The position numbers and the translations under genes were made by a program. A stretch of 50,635 nucleotides of DNA, taken from the IMG/VR virus record IMGVR_UViG_3300013137_002980, positions 1-50,635 of that record; one strand, 5' to 3'. This stretch comes from a virus (Duplodnaviria > Caudoviricetes). A model generated the notes under the pieces. The model searched no databases. It worked only from the letters and a program-made list of their open reading frames with translations, and was not told the DNA's origin. Below are positions 16,800 to 26,072 of this stretch, one piece after another; the first letter of the stretch is position 1, and each line of letters begins with the position of its first letter.

Positions 16800-19700
16800 A
16801 TTGCCTTTTTCAGCATTTCAAATTCACGCAAGATGCTTTCCATCATGTCTCCATCTTCCTGTGAGCCTTGCATTTCAAAGCGTTTGCCGCCTGATACAAA
16901 CTCAAAGCGCACGTTTTTGGTTGGTGTGGTTTCAACATCACGGAAGTTTGGTTGAGGGATACTTGGTGCATAGTCATTCACCTTTGGTACGCTGCCAGTG
17001 CTTCTAACATCAAGATTACGAAGTAATTCATTAATCTTGTTGGTACCGTGTTGCGTGGTCAGACCTTTTGCTGCGGCGTTATTAAACTCCTGCTCAATGA
17101 GCTTATTCATTGCCAGGTTGCCGCCTTTACCGTATGCGGCAAATTTAGCATCACGGTCCGCACTCAAGCCTTGGGACCAAATAGACCCGGCCAGTTTTTT
17201 GGCCTCGGAATCGCTATACCCCATGCTCTTGATCTGGGCAATGACATCATTTTTAGAATATGACTCATAGCCTGAAATAGCAGCGCTTAGGCCTTCGCCT
17301 TGGCGTTTCATTTCAGCATCCCATTTTCTGGCTGACTCTTCAACGGCCTTATTCCACGTTTGTTGAGCAGCGTTGGCTTCATCACGTGCAATTTTGCCAG
17401 CTTCACGATAACCATCACCAATACGGCGGGCAGAATCTCGGACACGGTGGTTTGCTTCGGTCAAGTCATCCATGGCTTTGACTGAGGCTTTACCGGTGTC
17501 GTCGATTTCAACACGAAGCCCATGTGCTGCCGCCTTGGACTGGACTAATGCAATTTGAGCCTTGTCACCAGATGCAATGGCTGCATTCAGCATGGTTGTG
17601 TAGGCTTTTTGAATACCCTCTGCTGTCGCCTGGCCACTTTGAGATACCACTTCAAAGTTTCTTTGAGCTACAACAGCCGCCTCTGCTAATTGGTCTTTGG
17701 TCTTGATTCCTAGAGCATTAAAAGCCGCAATAGCCGGGTTTAATGCAGCTGGTAGATCAGCTCCCTTTTTCTCAATCAGGCTTAGGCCGAGCGCTACTTG
17801 CTCACCAGTAATTAACCCTTGTCTCTCAAGCTCGATTAACTTGCTTTTTGCATAATCAAGCTCTGCTCTGGTTTGCGCAGTATCAATGGCTTTGTTTAGA
17901 TTGCTTGATAGCGCAAGCCCTGTATCAATTCCTTGTGCCTTGTACTCATCCAATTTGTCTATAACAACTTGGACATTGTTTGCAGCGGATTGAAATGAAC
18001 TCGAAAACTTACCCTGAAGATGTTCTGTGCTTAGTCCGGTGCGTTCCAGTGCGGCACGCATTACAGCCTCTGTCACGGCGGCCGATTTTTCAGCCTCCTT
18101 TGCAGTGCCAGCAAAAGCTGCCCGGGCATTGGTTTCGAAGACGACCAGATCCTTACCATCAAGCGCCTGCCCCAGACTGAGTTGCAACTCTTCAGCAGTT
18201 ATCTCGCCTTGTTCTTTAAGCAGAATTAAAGAGGTTACTGCATCATTGATGCCTTTCGTAGAGTCAAACTGCATGGCCTTGGTGATTTTATCCAATGCCT
18301 CTTTGGTTGGCTCACCTTTTTCAATAAGCTCATCAAACTGCTCGACAAGATTTTTAGCTTCTTCTGTCAGCTGATAAGTTTTGTCACGGCTCTTTTCTGC
18401 TGCAGCCGCAATCTCAGCTTTGGATTCAGCTACCACTTTTGCCCGAGCAATATCTAACTGCTCCTGACGCTCAAGTTTTTCAAGCGCTTCACCATAACCC
18501 ATGGCTTTGGCAGCAGCTTCACCCATCCAGGTGCCAAGTGGCTCAAGCATGCCATACGCAGCCGCCCCCACAACACCCAATGAAGTGATTGCAATGCCCA
18601 GAGTGCCCAATCGACCAACCAGCGTCATAATGCCGCCATCCGCCGCTTTGGTTGATGCTGTTACGGCATTGGAGCTCGTTGCCAATTGCCCTTTAGCTGC
18701 GGCCGCTGTGCGTGTGGCATTTGCATTGGCAATCTGCGCCTGCGTATTAGCAACAACTGCTGATGTTTCCTGAGTGATTGCGGTAGAAGCCGCCTGAATG
18801 TTTCGTGCTTTGTCCAAAAACATTAAGCCAATATTCAGTGCCTTATAGGCAACAAAAGCTTGGCCAGCCAGCATCAGAGTTGAAACAATCGAATCGAGGT
18901 TTTCGGCCACAAACTTGATTGCAGAAGCAACTTTTGAACTTGCTCCAGTTGCAGCATCCGCCTCACCAATGTACATGGTCCATGCGGTTTTCAAGTTCTC
19001 AATAGATGCGCCAATCGTTGCTGGGAACTTATCAAACTCGGAACTGATTCGCTCACTCTGACTTAAAAGCGCCTGTGTAACAACCTCGGTTGTAAGTTTG
19101 CCTTCACCTGCCATTTCTCGCAGTTTGCCAGTGGTTACATCCAGCCCATCAGCTAATGCCTGAGCCAAACGTGGTGACTGCTCCATCATTGAGTTAAATT
19201 CATCACCACGCAAAACACCTGAACCTAAAGCTTGGTTAAGCTGTGTGATTGCTGCTTCGTTTGATGCTGCTGATCCGCCACCAACCTGAATTGCTTTGTT
19301 AATAGTTTCAGTTAGTGCTAAAGCTTGCTCTTGTGGCCATTTCATTTCCTGCCCGATTTTGGTTAATCGTGCATATAGCTCGCCTGTCGCCTCAAGGTTT
19401 GAGTTGGTTGCGATTGCGACGTTTTTAACATCGTCCATGGCTTTTTCTAGGTTGCCATGTTCGCCAATCGCAATACTAAGGCGACCAGATAGGTTTTTAT
19501 AAGCATCTGCGGTCTGTGCAATTTCACTTGCCGTTACACCAATGCCGAGCGCAGCCAAAGCGCCAGTAAGCGCATTAAAACCTGTTCTTAATCCCTGTAA
19601 CTCACCAGATACGCCTTTAGCTGCCTGTTCTGTTTGGCTTAATTCCTGACTGGTTGTTTCAAGCTCTTTATCAAGCTGTTTTACTTGTTGCGCTGTTTCT

Positions 19701-19885
19701 TGTGACTGTGTACCAAGTTTATCAATCTCTTTTGTAGCGCCTTCTGTGCTGCCTGTAACCGATGCTGCACCATCCCTTAATACCGCAAACGCTTCCTTTG
19801 CAGCTTTTTCGGATTGGTGCATATTGCTAACAAAGCCTTTGGTATCGGCTTCCATTACCAACTTGAAAGTTAAATTTTTTGCCAT
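16796..19885 (-). CDS. Tail tape measure protein
   Basis: 1029 aa, Ala-rich helical; AAITQLNQALGSGVLRGDEFNSMMEQSP tape-measure motif. Confidence 0.95.
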   Translation of the reverse strand: MAKNLTFKLVMEADTKGFVSNMHQSEKAAKEAFAVLRDGAASVTGSTEGATKEIDKLGTQSQETAQQVKQLDKELETTSQELSQTEQAAKGVSGELQGLRTGFNALTGALAALGIGVTASEIAQTADAYKNLSGRLSIAIGEHGNLEKAMDDVKNVAIATNSNLEATGELYARLTKIGQEMKWPQEQALALTETINKAIQVGGGSAASNEAAITQLNQALGSGVLRGDEFNSMMEQSPRLAQALADGLDVTTGKLREMAGEGKLTTEVVTQALLSQSERISSEFDKFPATIGASIENLKTAWTMYIGEADAATGASSKVASAIKFVAENLDSIVSTLMLAGQAFVAYKALNIGLMFLDKARNIQAASTAITQETSAVVANTQAQIANANATRTAAAAKGQLATSSNAVTASTKAADGGIMTLVGRLGTLGIAITSLGVVGAAAYGMLEPLGTWMGEAAAKAMGYGEALEKLERQEQLDIARAKVVAESKAEIAAAAEKSRDKTYQLTEEAKNLVEQFDELIEKGEPTKEALDKITKAMQFDSTKGINDAVTSLILLKEQGEITAEELQLSLGQALDGKDLVVFETNARAAFAGTAKEAEKSAAVTEAVMRAALERTGLSTEHLQGKFSSSFQSAANNVQVVIDKLDEYKAQGIDTGLALSSNLNKAIDTAQTRAELDYAKSKLIELERQGLITGEQVALGLSLIEKKGADLPAALNPAIAAFNALGIKTKDQLAEAAVVAQRNFEVVSQSGQATAEGIQKAYTTMLNAAIASGDKAQIALVQSKAAAHGLRVEIDDTGKASVKAMDDLTEANHRVRDSARRIGDGYREAGKIARDEANAAQQTWNKAVEESARKWDAEMKRQGEGLSAAISGYESYSKNDVIAQIKSMGYSDSEAKKLAGSIWSQGLSADRDAKFAAYGKGGNLAMNKLIEQEFNNAAAKGLTTQHGTNKINELLRNLDVRSTGSVPKVNDYAPSIPQPNFRDVETTPTKNVRFEFVSGGKRFEMQGSQEDGDMMESILREFEMLKKAM

Positions 19886-19908
19886 ACCAACCTCAAATTT
19901 TGGGCATT

Positions 19909-19930
19909 AAAAAACCCACCGAAGTGGGTT
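19909..19930 (-). terminator. Terminator after moron gene
   Basis: Minus strand AACCCAC-TTCG-GTGGGTT plus T-run. Confidence 0.8.
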
Positions 19931-19944
19931 ATGTTTTGATTGAA

Positions 19945-20505
19945 TCAACTCAATACAGCGCAACTCTTTTTTTCCGATTCAGCCAATTCAAGTTGCTTTC
20001 TATAATCAATCATTTTTGTGGCTGCCTCCAACTCATGCTCACTCCCACGCATAAAGGTTAGGTATGCATCAATATTGGTGGTCATAGCATCCACGTATAA
20101 AAGGCGTGTTGACTCAGCGCAGCCTTGATATTTTTTTGATGATATATTTCGCTTAATTTCCTGCATTTTTGCTACTGGCTGGGATAGTGTAATTCTGCTC
20201 GTTGCTCCTGCAACTGTTGCAGCATCTGTCCACTCTAAAATGATTTTATTAAGCTCACTCGCTTGCTGAGGTGTAACTTCAGGGTTTTCAGTTAGCTTTG
20301 CATCAACCACCTGTTGAATGGTTTCTTTTTTAATCGCAGTACCACCAAGTTGTTTATCTAATTCTGCGGCGCGCTCAGATTCTAATTTTTGTTGATGCGC
20401 AATTTCAGCCTGCTTCAATCTCTCTGCATCAGCTTTATTGCTCTTATCCATGAAGTAAAATGCACCAAGAACGATAACCAGAGCGCCGATCAATAGATAT
20501 TTCAT
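19945..20505 (-). CDS. Moron: membrane-anchored hypothetical protein
   Basis: N-terminal TM, coiled coil, Cys pair; own terminator; sits between chaperone and tape measure genes. Confidence 0.75.
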   Translation of the reverse strand: MKYLLIGALVIVLGAFYFMDKSNKADAERLKQAEIAHQQKLESERAAELDKQLGGTAIKKETIQQVVDAKLTENPEVTPQQASELNKIILEWTDAATVAGATSRITLSQPVAKMQEIKRNISSKKYQGCAESTRLLYVDAMTTNIDAYLTFMRGSEHELEAATKMIDYRKQLELAESEKKSCAVLS

Positions 20506-20559
20506 ACCCCACCGTTTATTTAATATTTTTCAGTATATTAATAAATTCTGTGACATGAA

Positions 20560-21120
20560 TCACTGTATATTTAGCTCTTTTCTAAACTTGTCAAAACCCT
20601 TTTTATCTGAATGTTGTGCAGCACGCACGGCGGTAGCACTTAAGCTAACATCATTCATATAATTCTTTCGACCAGCTTTCAGATAAGCCTGAAACGCCCC
20701 ATAGGACATATTCATAATATCCTCATGCCGATGGCCCAGACTGATTAAGAATTGAAATGAATCAAACCAGCTGGCGTCAGGATCGGCCTTGCCTTTAGGC
20801 TTTGGTTCCACCTTAAGGCCTGCGCTGTTCACACTCACAATGGTACGCAGCAGCTTAATAAGTTCTGGCTGATCAACCGCCAGTTTCTTCAACTGATCCG
20901 CGTCAATCGAAGTCACCAACAGGCACATTTTAAAAACATCTACCGGATGAGCTAAAAACAGCTGTGTTAAAACTTCATCTGAATGATCTTTCTTATCTAA
21001 AAACACTTTGATTTGTGCAGTACAGCCAAGCCATTGATCATAGTTTTTCACCTGAATCTGGCGAACTTCAATATCACCAAGCCGAATGCTGCGATTATCT
21101 GCTATAAAAAAATCATTCAT
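20560..21120 (-). CDS. Putative tail assembly chaperone
   Basis: Between tail tube and tape measure; C-terminal LISLGH..EDIMNMSY motif. Confidence 0.65.
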   Translation of the reverse strand: MNDFFIADNRSIRLGDIEVRQIQVKNYDQWLGCTAQIKVFLDKKDHSDEVLTQLFLAHPVDVFKMCLLVTSIDADQLKKLAVDQPELIKLLRTIVSVNSAGLKVEPKPKGKADPDASWFDSFQFLISLGHRHEDIMNMSYGAFQAYLKAGRKNYMNDVSLSATAVRAAQHSDKKGFDKFRKELNIQ

Positions 21121-21131
21121 GATGGAGTCTC

Positions 21132-21153
21132 AAAAAAGCCACCCGAAGGTGGC
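21132..21153 (-). terminator. Terminator after rha
   Basis: GCCACC-TTCG-GGTGGC plus T-run, identical to 264-279. Confidence 0.85.
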
Positions 21154-21161
21154 GTTGGTTT

Positions 21162-21698
21162 TTAGTCAAATAAGCATGGTTGAATCTGCCGATCCACGTT
21201 TGCAATTGCAGCGGTTAAGCAATCACGTTGTTTTTTCCAAACCGATAACCCTTTTCCGCATGCGCTTGCTATTTCTTTTTCACATTCAAGTTTTGCGCTT
21301 AATGTTTCACGCTCCCGAATAAGAGAGAAATAATCGGTTTGCAATAAGGTGCGAGCCTCAAAAAATGCCTTAACAAGCGCCTTTTTGAAATCAATAACCT
21401 TTGGACTGTTCCGCATTAAAGTCATTAAAAAATATGATTGCTGCTCATTCAAGACTGCGTATCGAGTGTGGCGACCTCTTGTTGATTCGCGTTCTGAATT
21501 CGCCATTTCAAATGCGGAATTCAAAGTTTCAAATTTAACGCGCCCAAACTCCTGAATATCAGGGAGGTAAGTGCGGACCAATTGAATTACTGTTTTATGG
21601 GTTAATCCTAATCCAACCGCTATCTGTAGCGTTGTTGTGGTTGGCTCGCCTTTTTGCACATCCACCAGTTTGATTACTGGATTAAATTTAGCATTCAT
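21162..21698 (-). CDS. rha: Rha-family phage regulatory protein/antirepressor
   Basis: TTTLQIAVGLGLTHKTVIQLV...LNEQQSYFLMTLMRNSPKVIDFKKALVKAF; AAAGGAG RBS supports start at 21698. Confidence 0.85.
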   Translation of the reverse strand: MNAKFNPVIKLVDVQKGEPTTTTLQIAVGLGLTHKTVIQLVRTYLPDIQEFGRVKFETLNSAFEMANSERESTRGRHTRYAVLNEQQSYFLMTLMRNSPKVIDFKKALVKAFFEARTLLQTDYFSLIRERETLSAKLECEKEIASACGKGLSVWKKQRDCLTAAIANVDRQIQPCLFD

Positions 21699-21704
21699 AA
21701 TTAA

Positions 21705-21927
21705 CTCCTTTGAGTTGTGTTGAGCCTGAATGCAGAATGCAAATACAAACAAACAGGCATTAAAAAAGCCGACTTGTTAGGCCGGCTTTGCTTTAAAAAT
21801 ATAGATTCTTGTCAATAGGTTGGTAAATCACTTTGAGTTGTAAAAACCCCTTAATACAATTCAAAGTAATCTAAAAAACAGGCACAAAAAAAGACGCCTA
21901 TGCGTCGTGGAGTTTTCTTGTGCCTGT
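21705..21927 (-). promoter_or_regulatory. Structured leader of rha: two inverted repeats, candidate promoter, terminator and duplicated motifs
   Basis: IR 21878-21887/21918-21927; IR 21830-21842/21855-21867; TTACCA-17-TATATT (21826-21798); terminator 21762-21789. Confidence 0.6.
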
Positions 21928-21935
21928 AATGTGTC

Positions 21936-22697
21936 TTACGGCGTAACAGCTGCCGGAATAATGACGATATGGCCATACAATCCAAGCTCTGGATCGCTCT
22001 GCTTCGTAATATCAGAAAGCGCCTGGCCAGAGATTGCATATTGACCCAGTTCTTCATGGATTAATGGGAATGTGGTTTCCGGTGACTTCTTAGTACGCCA
22101 TAAGCGAACCGCCATGTGTTCACCATTGGCCGTATTGATACCCTTGAAGAATAGCTCGTACTCTTCACTGAAGTTCGACGCCAGCGTGGTATGTGACACC
22201 GCACCATTGGTATAAGACGCTAGGATCGGCATCGTCAGGCCTGCCACATCGTTAAATGTAACCGTACCAAACTTAGCATCGAGCGTGTACTGGTCTTCAG
22301 TCAGCGTAACCGGTGTGCCGACAGTAGAGTCTTTGAAAGTCACAGCGGAAAGGTTGTAGCCATCGAGTTTGATTTCTTCACCAGCAGCCACGGTGCCCAG
22401 TGAAACATCGGTGACAACTTCCGAAGCAACGTCTGTATTGGTACCAGAAACAATGTATTCCAGATTTTCTTTGTTCACCTCTTCCAGCTGGCCAGAGAAG
22501 TTAACTGAAGTGGTCTGCACCATCGTAAAGTCGGTCGTACGCATTCCAGACTTTGATTCAGTATGCTCCAGCACATCTGCACCAATTTCCAGTTCAAACT
22601 CTGGCACGTTGCCGATGTGGCGCATAGCACCTGCCACGCCCGCTGTAATTTTGGCTAAGTAAAACTTACCCTGGAGTGAAATATAATTTGTGCTCAT
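21936..22697 (-). CDS. Major tail tube protein
   Basis: YISLQGKFYLA..RHIGNVPEFELEI..EHTESKSG pattern; position after tail terminator. Confidence 0.85.
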   Translation of the reverse strand: MSTNYISLQGKFYLAKITAGVAGAMRHIGNVPEFELEIGADVLEHTESKSGMRTTDFTMVQTTSVNFSGQLEEVNKENLEYIVSGTNTDVASEVVTDVSLGTVAAGEEIKLDGYNLSAVTFKDSTVGTPVTLTEDQYTLDAKFGTVTFNDVAGLTMPILASYTNGAVSHTTLASNFSEEYELFFKGINTANGEHMAVRLWRTKKSPETTFPLIHEELGQYAISGQALSDITKQSDPELGLYGHIVIIPAAVTP

Positions 22698-22867
22698 TAC
22701 TTAGTATCCCCTGCAGATGCCTTTTTAGCTGTAACAGCCGTAGTTTTCACTTCTTCAATGACACCTTTGGCCAGTAATTCCTTAATCTGGGCATCAGCCA
22801 GACCGCCTACAATATCGCCTTCTTGGAAGCGACCGACCGGCTTTAATGCTTTGTATTGTTTTGCCAT
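22697..22867 (-). CDS. 56-aa virion-associated protein MAKQYKALKPVGRF... (below ORF-track cutoff)
   Basis: Hand translation; AGGAG RBS; TAATG coupling to tail tube gene; similar to N-terminus of 24239-24598 product. Confidence 0.75.
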   Translation of the reverse strand: MAKQYKALKPVGRFQEGDIVGGLADAQIKELLAKGVIEEVKTTAVTAKKASAGDTK

Positions 22868-22876
22868 GACTGGCTC

Positions 22877-23299
22877 CTAAATGAATTTTTGTGATTCAAA
22901 AATAATCGTGATGTATGCAAAGCCTGGACTATACCCATCCCGAACCGAAATCATTTCTAGTGCCGTTCGTGATGCCTGAGGCTGCCAGCCGGAAAGTAAT
23001 TGAATGACCTTCTCGGTTAACAACCCAGCTTCATCACTCACCGCTCGGCCATCAGTCATCTGAGATTGAGCATTACGACATGCCACCGTGACCGCCCATT
23101 GCTGACCGATCTGATTAATACTTCCACGACCTGCACTGGCTTTCTTGTCGATACGGACAAAATTGACGTGTGCTGACGGCGTAACCTGCGACATCTCGGT
23201 TACGCTGACTGAGTTTAACGGCGTATAGATCTTTAGAAGTTCTGGAATTTCTTTCAGCTTTTCTGCAATCTCATCACGCACCGCGAAGAAGGTGCTCAT
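22877..23299 (-). CDS. Tail terminator protein (Mu gp37-like)
   Basis: QQWAVTVACRN and LSGWQP motifs; position. Confidence 0.7.
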   Translation of the reverse strand: MSTFFAVRDEIAEKLKEIPELLKIYTPLNSVSVTEMSQVTPSAHVNFVRIDKKASAGRGSINQIGQQWAVTVACRNAQSQMTDGRAVSDEAGLLTEKVIQLLSGWQPQASRTALEMISVRDGYSPGFAYITIIFESQKFI

Positions 23300-23771
23300 C
23301 TATAAAACTCCCGACAATATCTAAAACCATGGCTTCATCTTCTGCATCAAGACCGAGTTGAGTCCGAGGCGGTAAAATCGACTGCTTAACTTTCCGATAT
23401 TGACCACCCACTGCAAAAGTAATGTATTGGCCATTCTTAGGTAGGATTGTTGCGCCGTAATGCAGATGCGGTGCGTACGCAACATCAGTGCCCACTTCCA
23501 CACCACTTGAAAGTACATTGTGTGTGTAGGAATTCATTAGACGGCCAGTATCACGCAGCGTCTCGCCACCTTGCATGCGTGCACGCCATGAAATCTTCCA
23601 CGGGTTTCCATCTACGCCAGTACCAGTTAGAAACCGATGCTGAATACTGTTGACCAGCCCAGCACCAATCTCATCAAACAGCTGGTTCTTTAAAGAATCA
23701 AAGTTTCCTAATTGCTTAAGTACTGCTTCAATCGGTGAACTATCTGCCTGAATGGTTATTGCAAAAGCCAT
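23274..23771 (-). CDS. Phage virion morphogenesis protein (Mu gpG-like)
   Basis: RF....VDGNPW, LRDTGRLMNS, VGTDVAYA..LHYG motifs. Confidence 0.85.
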   Translation of the reverse strand: MAFAITIQADSSPIEAVLKQLGNFDSLKNQLFDEIGAGLVNSIQHRFLTGTGVDGNPWKISWRARMQGGETLRDTGRLMNSYTHNVLSSGVEVGTDVAYAPHLHYGATILPKNGQYITFAVGGQYRKVKQSILPPRTQLGLDAEDEAMVLDIVGSFIDEHLLRGA

Positions 23772-23778
23772 AAGCACC

Positions 23779-24231
23779 TCACTTCAAGCTAGGCATCTGG
23801 TCCAAGATAGAATCTCCAAATACACCACCGGTATATGAAGTACCGACTGGCGCCGTTGAAGGTCGTCCTTTAGGTTGGTCATCCACGATCTGGTTTGTTT
23901 CAGGTAACTGAATCTGCAAATGTGCTTTGTTATCAGCCACACGCTTTAAGAATGCAATTGCATCTTCATAGCGTTTTCGCACCTCATCGGTTGGCTGCTC
24001 AAAATGAAGGCGGTAGCGTGCAATATCACACGCCATACGCTTTAAATTGCTCGGCACATTGGGAAGCGGCAAAGGATAACGACCACCGATATGACCGTTA
24101 ATCTCCTCCATTGCATCCTGGATTGCATCATTAATTGCTTGAGAACCTTTTGCTGCATCTTCATACATCAATTTCAGGTTCTCAATTGAAGCCCCAAATC
24201 GTGCGACCAAATCTGCTTCAGTCGCATACAT
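23779..24231 (-). CDS. Head-tail adaptor, Mu gp36-like (DUF1320)
   Basis: YAT.ADLVARFG, RYPLPL..VP..L...ACDIARYRL, RYEDAIAFL. Confidence 0.9.
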   Translation of the reverse strand: MYATEADLVARFGASIENLKLMYEDAAKGSQAINDAIQDAMEEINGHIGGRYPLPLPNVPSNLKRMACDIARYRLHFEQPTDEVRKRYEDAIAFLKRVADNKAHLQIQLPETNQIVDDQPKGRPSTAPVGTSYTGGVFGDSILDQMPSLK

Positions 24232-24238
24232 AAATCAC

Positions 24239-24598
24239 CTACTTGGCATCGTCAGCAGGTTTTGAGTCTGCTTTAGGTTTTGCAGCAGACTTCACCTTTT
24301 CCAGTTCAGCCACCTTGGCTTTGAGCTCAGCAATTTCTTGCTCAGCTTTAGCCTTGTCTGCAACTGCTGCCTGATTGGCTTTAGTTAAGGCTTCATTGGC
24401 TGCTGTTAGCCCAGCTTTGGCTTTTTCAAGTTCAGCTAAACGTGCAGCGGTACCATCTGCCTTAGGTTCTTCCGGCTCTTGATATTCTTCAATAGCCCCA
24501 GATGCTAAAAGGGCCTGAAGATGTTTAGCTTCAAGCCCCTCGATTTCCTGACCAGGACGAAAGTGCCCAATCGACTGTTTGGCAATGTACTTTGGCAT
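24239..24598 (-). CDS. Head-associated protein following capsid (packaging-chaperone position)
   Basis: AGGAG RBS; short globular N-terminus plus Ala/Lys coiled coil. Confidence 0.65.
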   Translation of the reverse strand: MPKYIAKQSIGHFRPGQEIEGLEAKHLQALLASGAIEEYQEPEEPKADGTAARLAELEKAKAGLTAANEALTKANQAAVADKAKAEQEIAELKAKVAELEKVKSAAKPKADSKPADDAK

Positions 24599-24608
24599 TT
24601 GATTCTCC

Positions 24609-25682
24609 TTATACGAACCCACGACCACCGACTAAACCGTTTTTATTGTTCGGAATAGCAAGTGGAGATGATTCAGCCAATAATTGAATGCTTGAAGGAT
24701 TCTTTTCCTGCCACTGGCTTAAATAGAACTCCAGTGCCTGACCAAATGCTTCAACGTTCTGCAATGCACAGTGTGCAATCCAACCATTCGCATCAGAAAC
24801 CAAACCAAAGAAATCTTCTGGAATAAAGCGCTCTGCAACACCTTCCATATTGTGTTTAACGTCATAGGTCCAGATTTCAATATTATCGACAGTACCTCGG
24901 AACTGAGGCTTATCAGCGTGGTCAAAAGTTGGAGTCAGCGGAACACTGATACCGGTATACGGCGCAATGAACTTCTCCTTGAACTCTGGGTCCTTGATTA
25001 AGGTGTTGTATACCTTAGAAGTGGTCAGAGCCATGATAGGTGATGTACCTGAGTGCTCAATAGACAACTCAATCATGGATTGAATGTCTTTAACAGGCGT
25101 TGCACCAGCTTGGCCCCATTTGACCAATGGTGTGAAATTACAGGCCGCATTACGCTCATAATCGACTTCATACATTGGGAAGTCAGCGGAAGCAAAAGTG
25201 GTTTTACCGTAAAGCAATACATCACGTGCAATCAATAATTTTCGGTTATCAATTGATTGACGAAGATATAAAGCCTTTTGAGCCTGATCAATCAGCAGTA
25301 GATCTGCATCAGATAGGCGATTTGAACCGGTAGCAATTACACCAAACTGGCGTAAACGTGCAATAAGTGCAGTATTCTGAATTTCACTCGGCATTACCGT
25401 CATCATCGGTTTTAGATAAGCCGGCTTCACGAATTTCACGTTACCAGATTCACCCACTTTAATCTGACGGCCAGCTGCAGTCGGAGTAACAAACGGTGCA
25501 AGTGGTGTCGCAGTATTCAGCTCACCCACAGGTACTTCTTTTTTAGTGTATGACACACGTTGTGGAAAGAAGCGATCCATTAACCAGGTATCAACCTTTT
25601 GAGTAGTATCGGTCAATAACACTAGCTGTGGAACGTCCAGCAATTCAACTGGTGCATTTTGAAATGTAAAAGTTTGACTCAT
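24609..25682 (-). CDS. Major capsid protein (lambda gpE family)
   Basis: WLMDRFFP, LAPFVTP, KPAYLKP, ESSPLAIP motifs. Confidence 0.9.
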   Translation of the reverse strand: MSQTFTFQNAPVELLDVPQLVLLTDTTQKVDTWLMDRFFPQRVSYTKKEVPVGELNTATPLAPFVTPTAAGRQIKVGESGNVKFVKPAYLKPMMTVMPSEIQNTALIARLRQFGVIATGSNRLSDADLLLIDQAQKALYLRQSIDNRKLLIARDVLLYGKTTFASADFPMYEVDYERNAACNFTPLVKWGQAGATPVKDIQSMIELSIEHSGTSPIMALTTSKVYNTLIKDPEFKEKFIAPYTGISVPLTPTFDHADKPQFRGTVDNIEIWTYDVKHNMEGVAERFIPEDFFGLVSDANGWIAHCALQNVEAFGQALEFYLSQWQEKNPSSIQLLAESSPLAIPNNKNGLVGGRGFV

Positions 25683-25685
25683 GTC

Positions 25686-26072
25686 TTAGTTCCCCACAAC
25701 TTTACGAAGTTCGATTTTATTAACCAATGCTTGTGCACGTACTGCATCATATTGAGCAGTAGTCAGAGGTGTTCCATTCACAGTAACTACTGCAATATCA
25801 AATGGACCTTGTACGTAGATCGGCATTTCCAAATTATTAGCAGCATGATAAGTGGCCTGCTCTGCTGTGAAATCTGATACAGCAATTGCATTCCATTCAC
25901 CCACCACACCTTCAGTGACAACAGGATGATCAGCAACGTTATTGGCACCCACGTTAAGTAAATCGCCGCGCTTATATGCTGTAGCGGTTTTTACTTTGGC
26001 ATTTTCTGTGCGCACTCCATCACCAACCACCAACTGTTTATTTTCAATAGTGCCTGTTAATACTTGACTCAT
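25686..26072 (-). CDS. Head decoration protein (lambda gpD-like)
   Basis: Size and position between protease and capsid; YKRGDLL and IYVQGPF motifs. Confidence 0.7.
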   Translation of the reverse strand: MSQVLTGTIENKQLVVGDGVRTENAKVKTATAYKRGDLLNVGANNVADHPVVTEGVVGEWNAIAVSDFTAEQATYHAANNLEMPIYVQGPFDIAVVTVNGTPLTTAQYDAVRAQALVNKIELRKVVGN

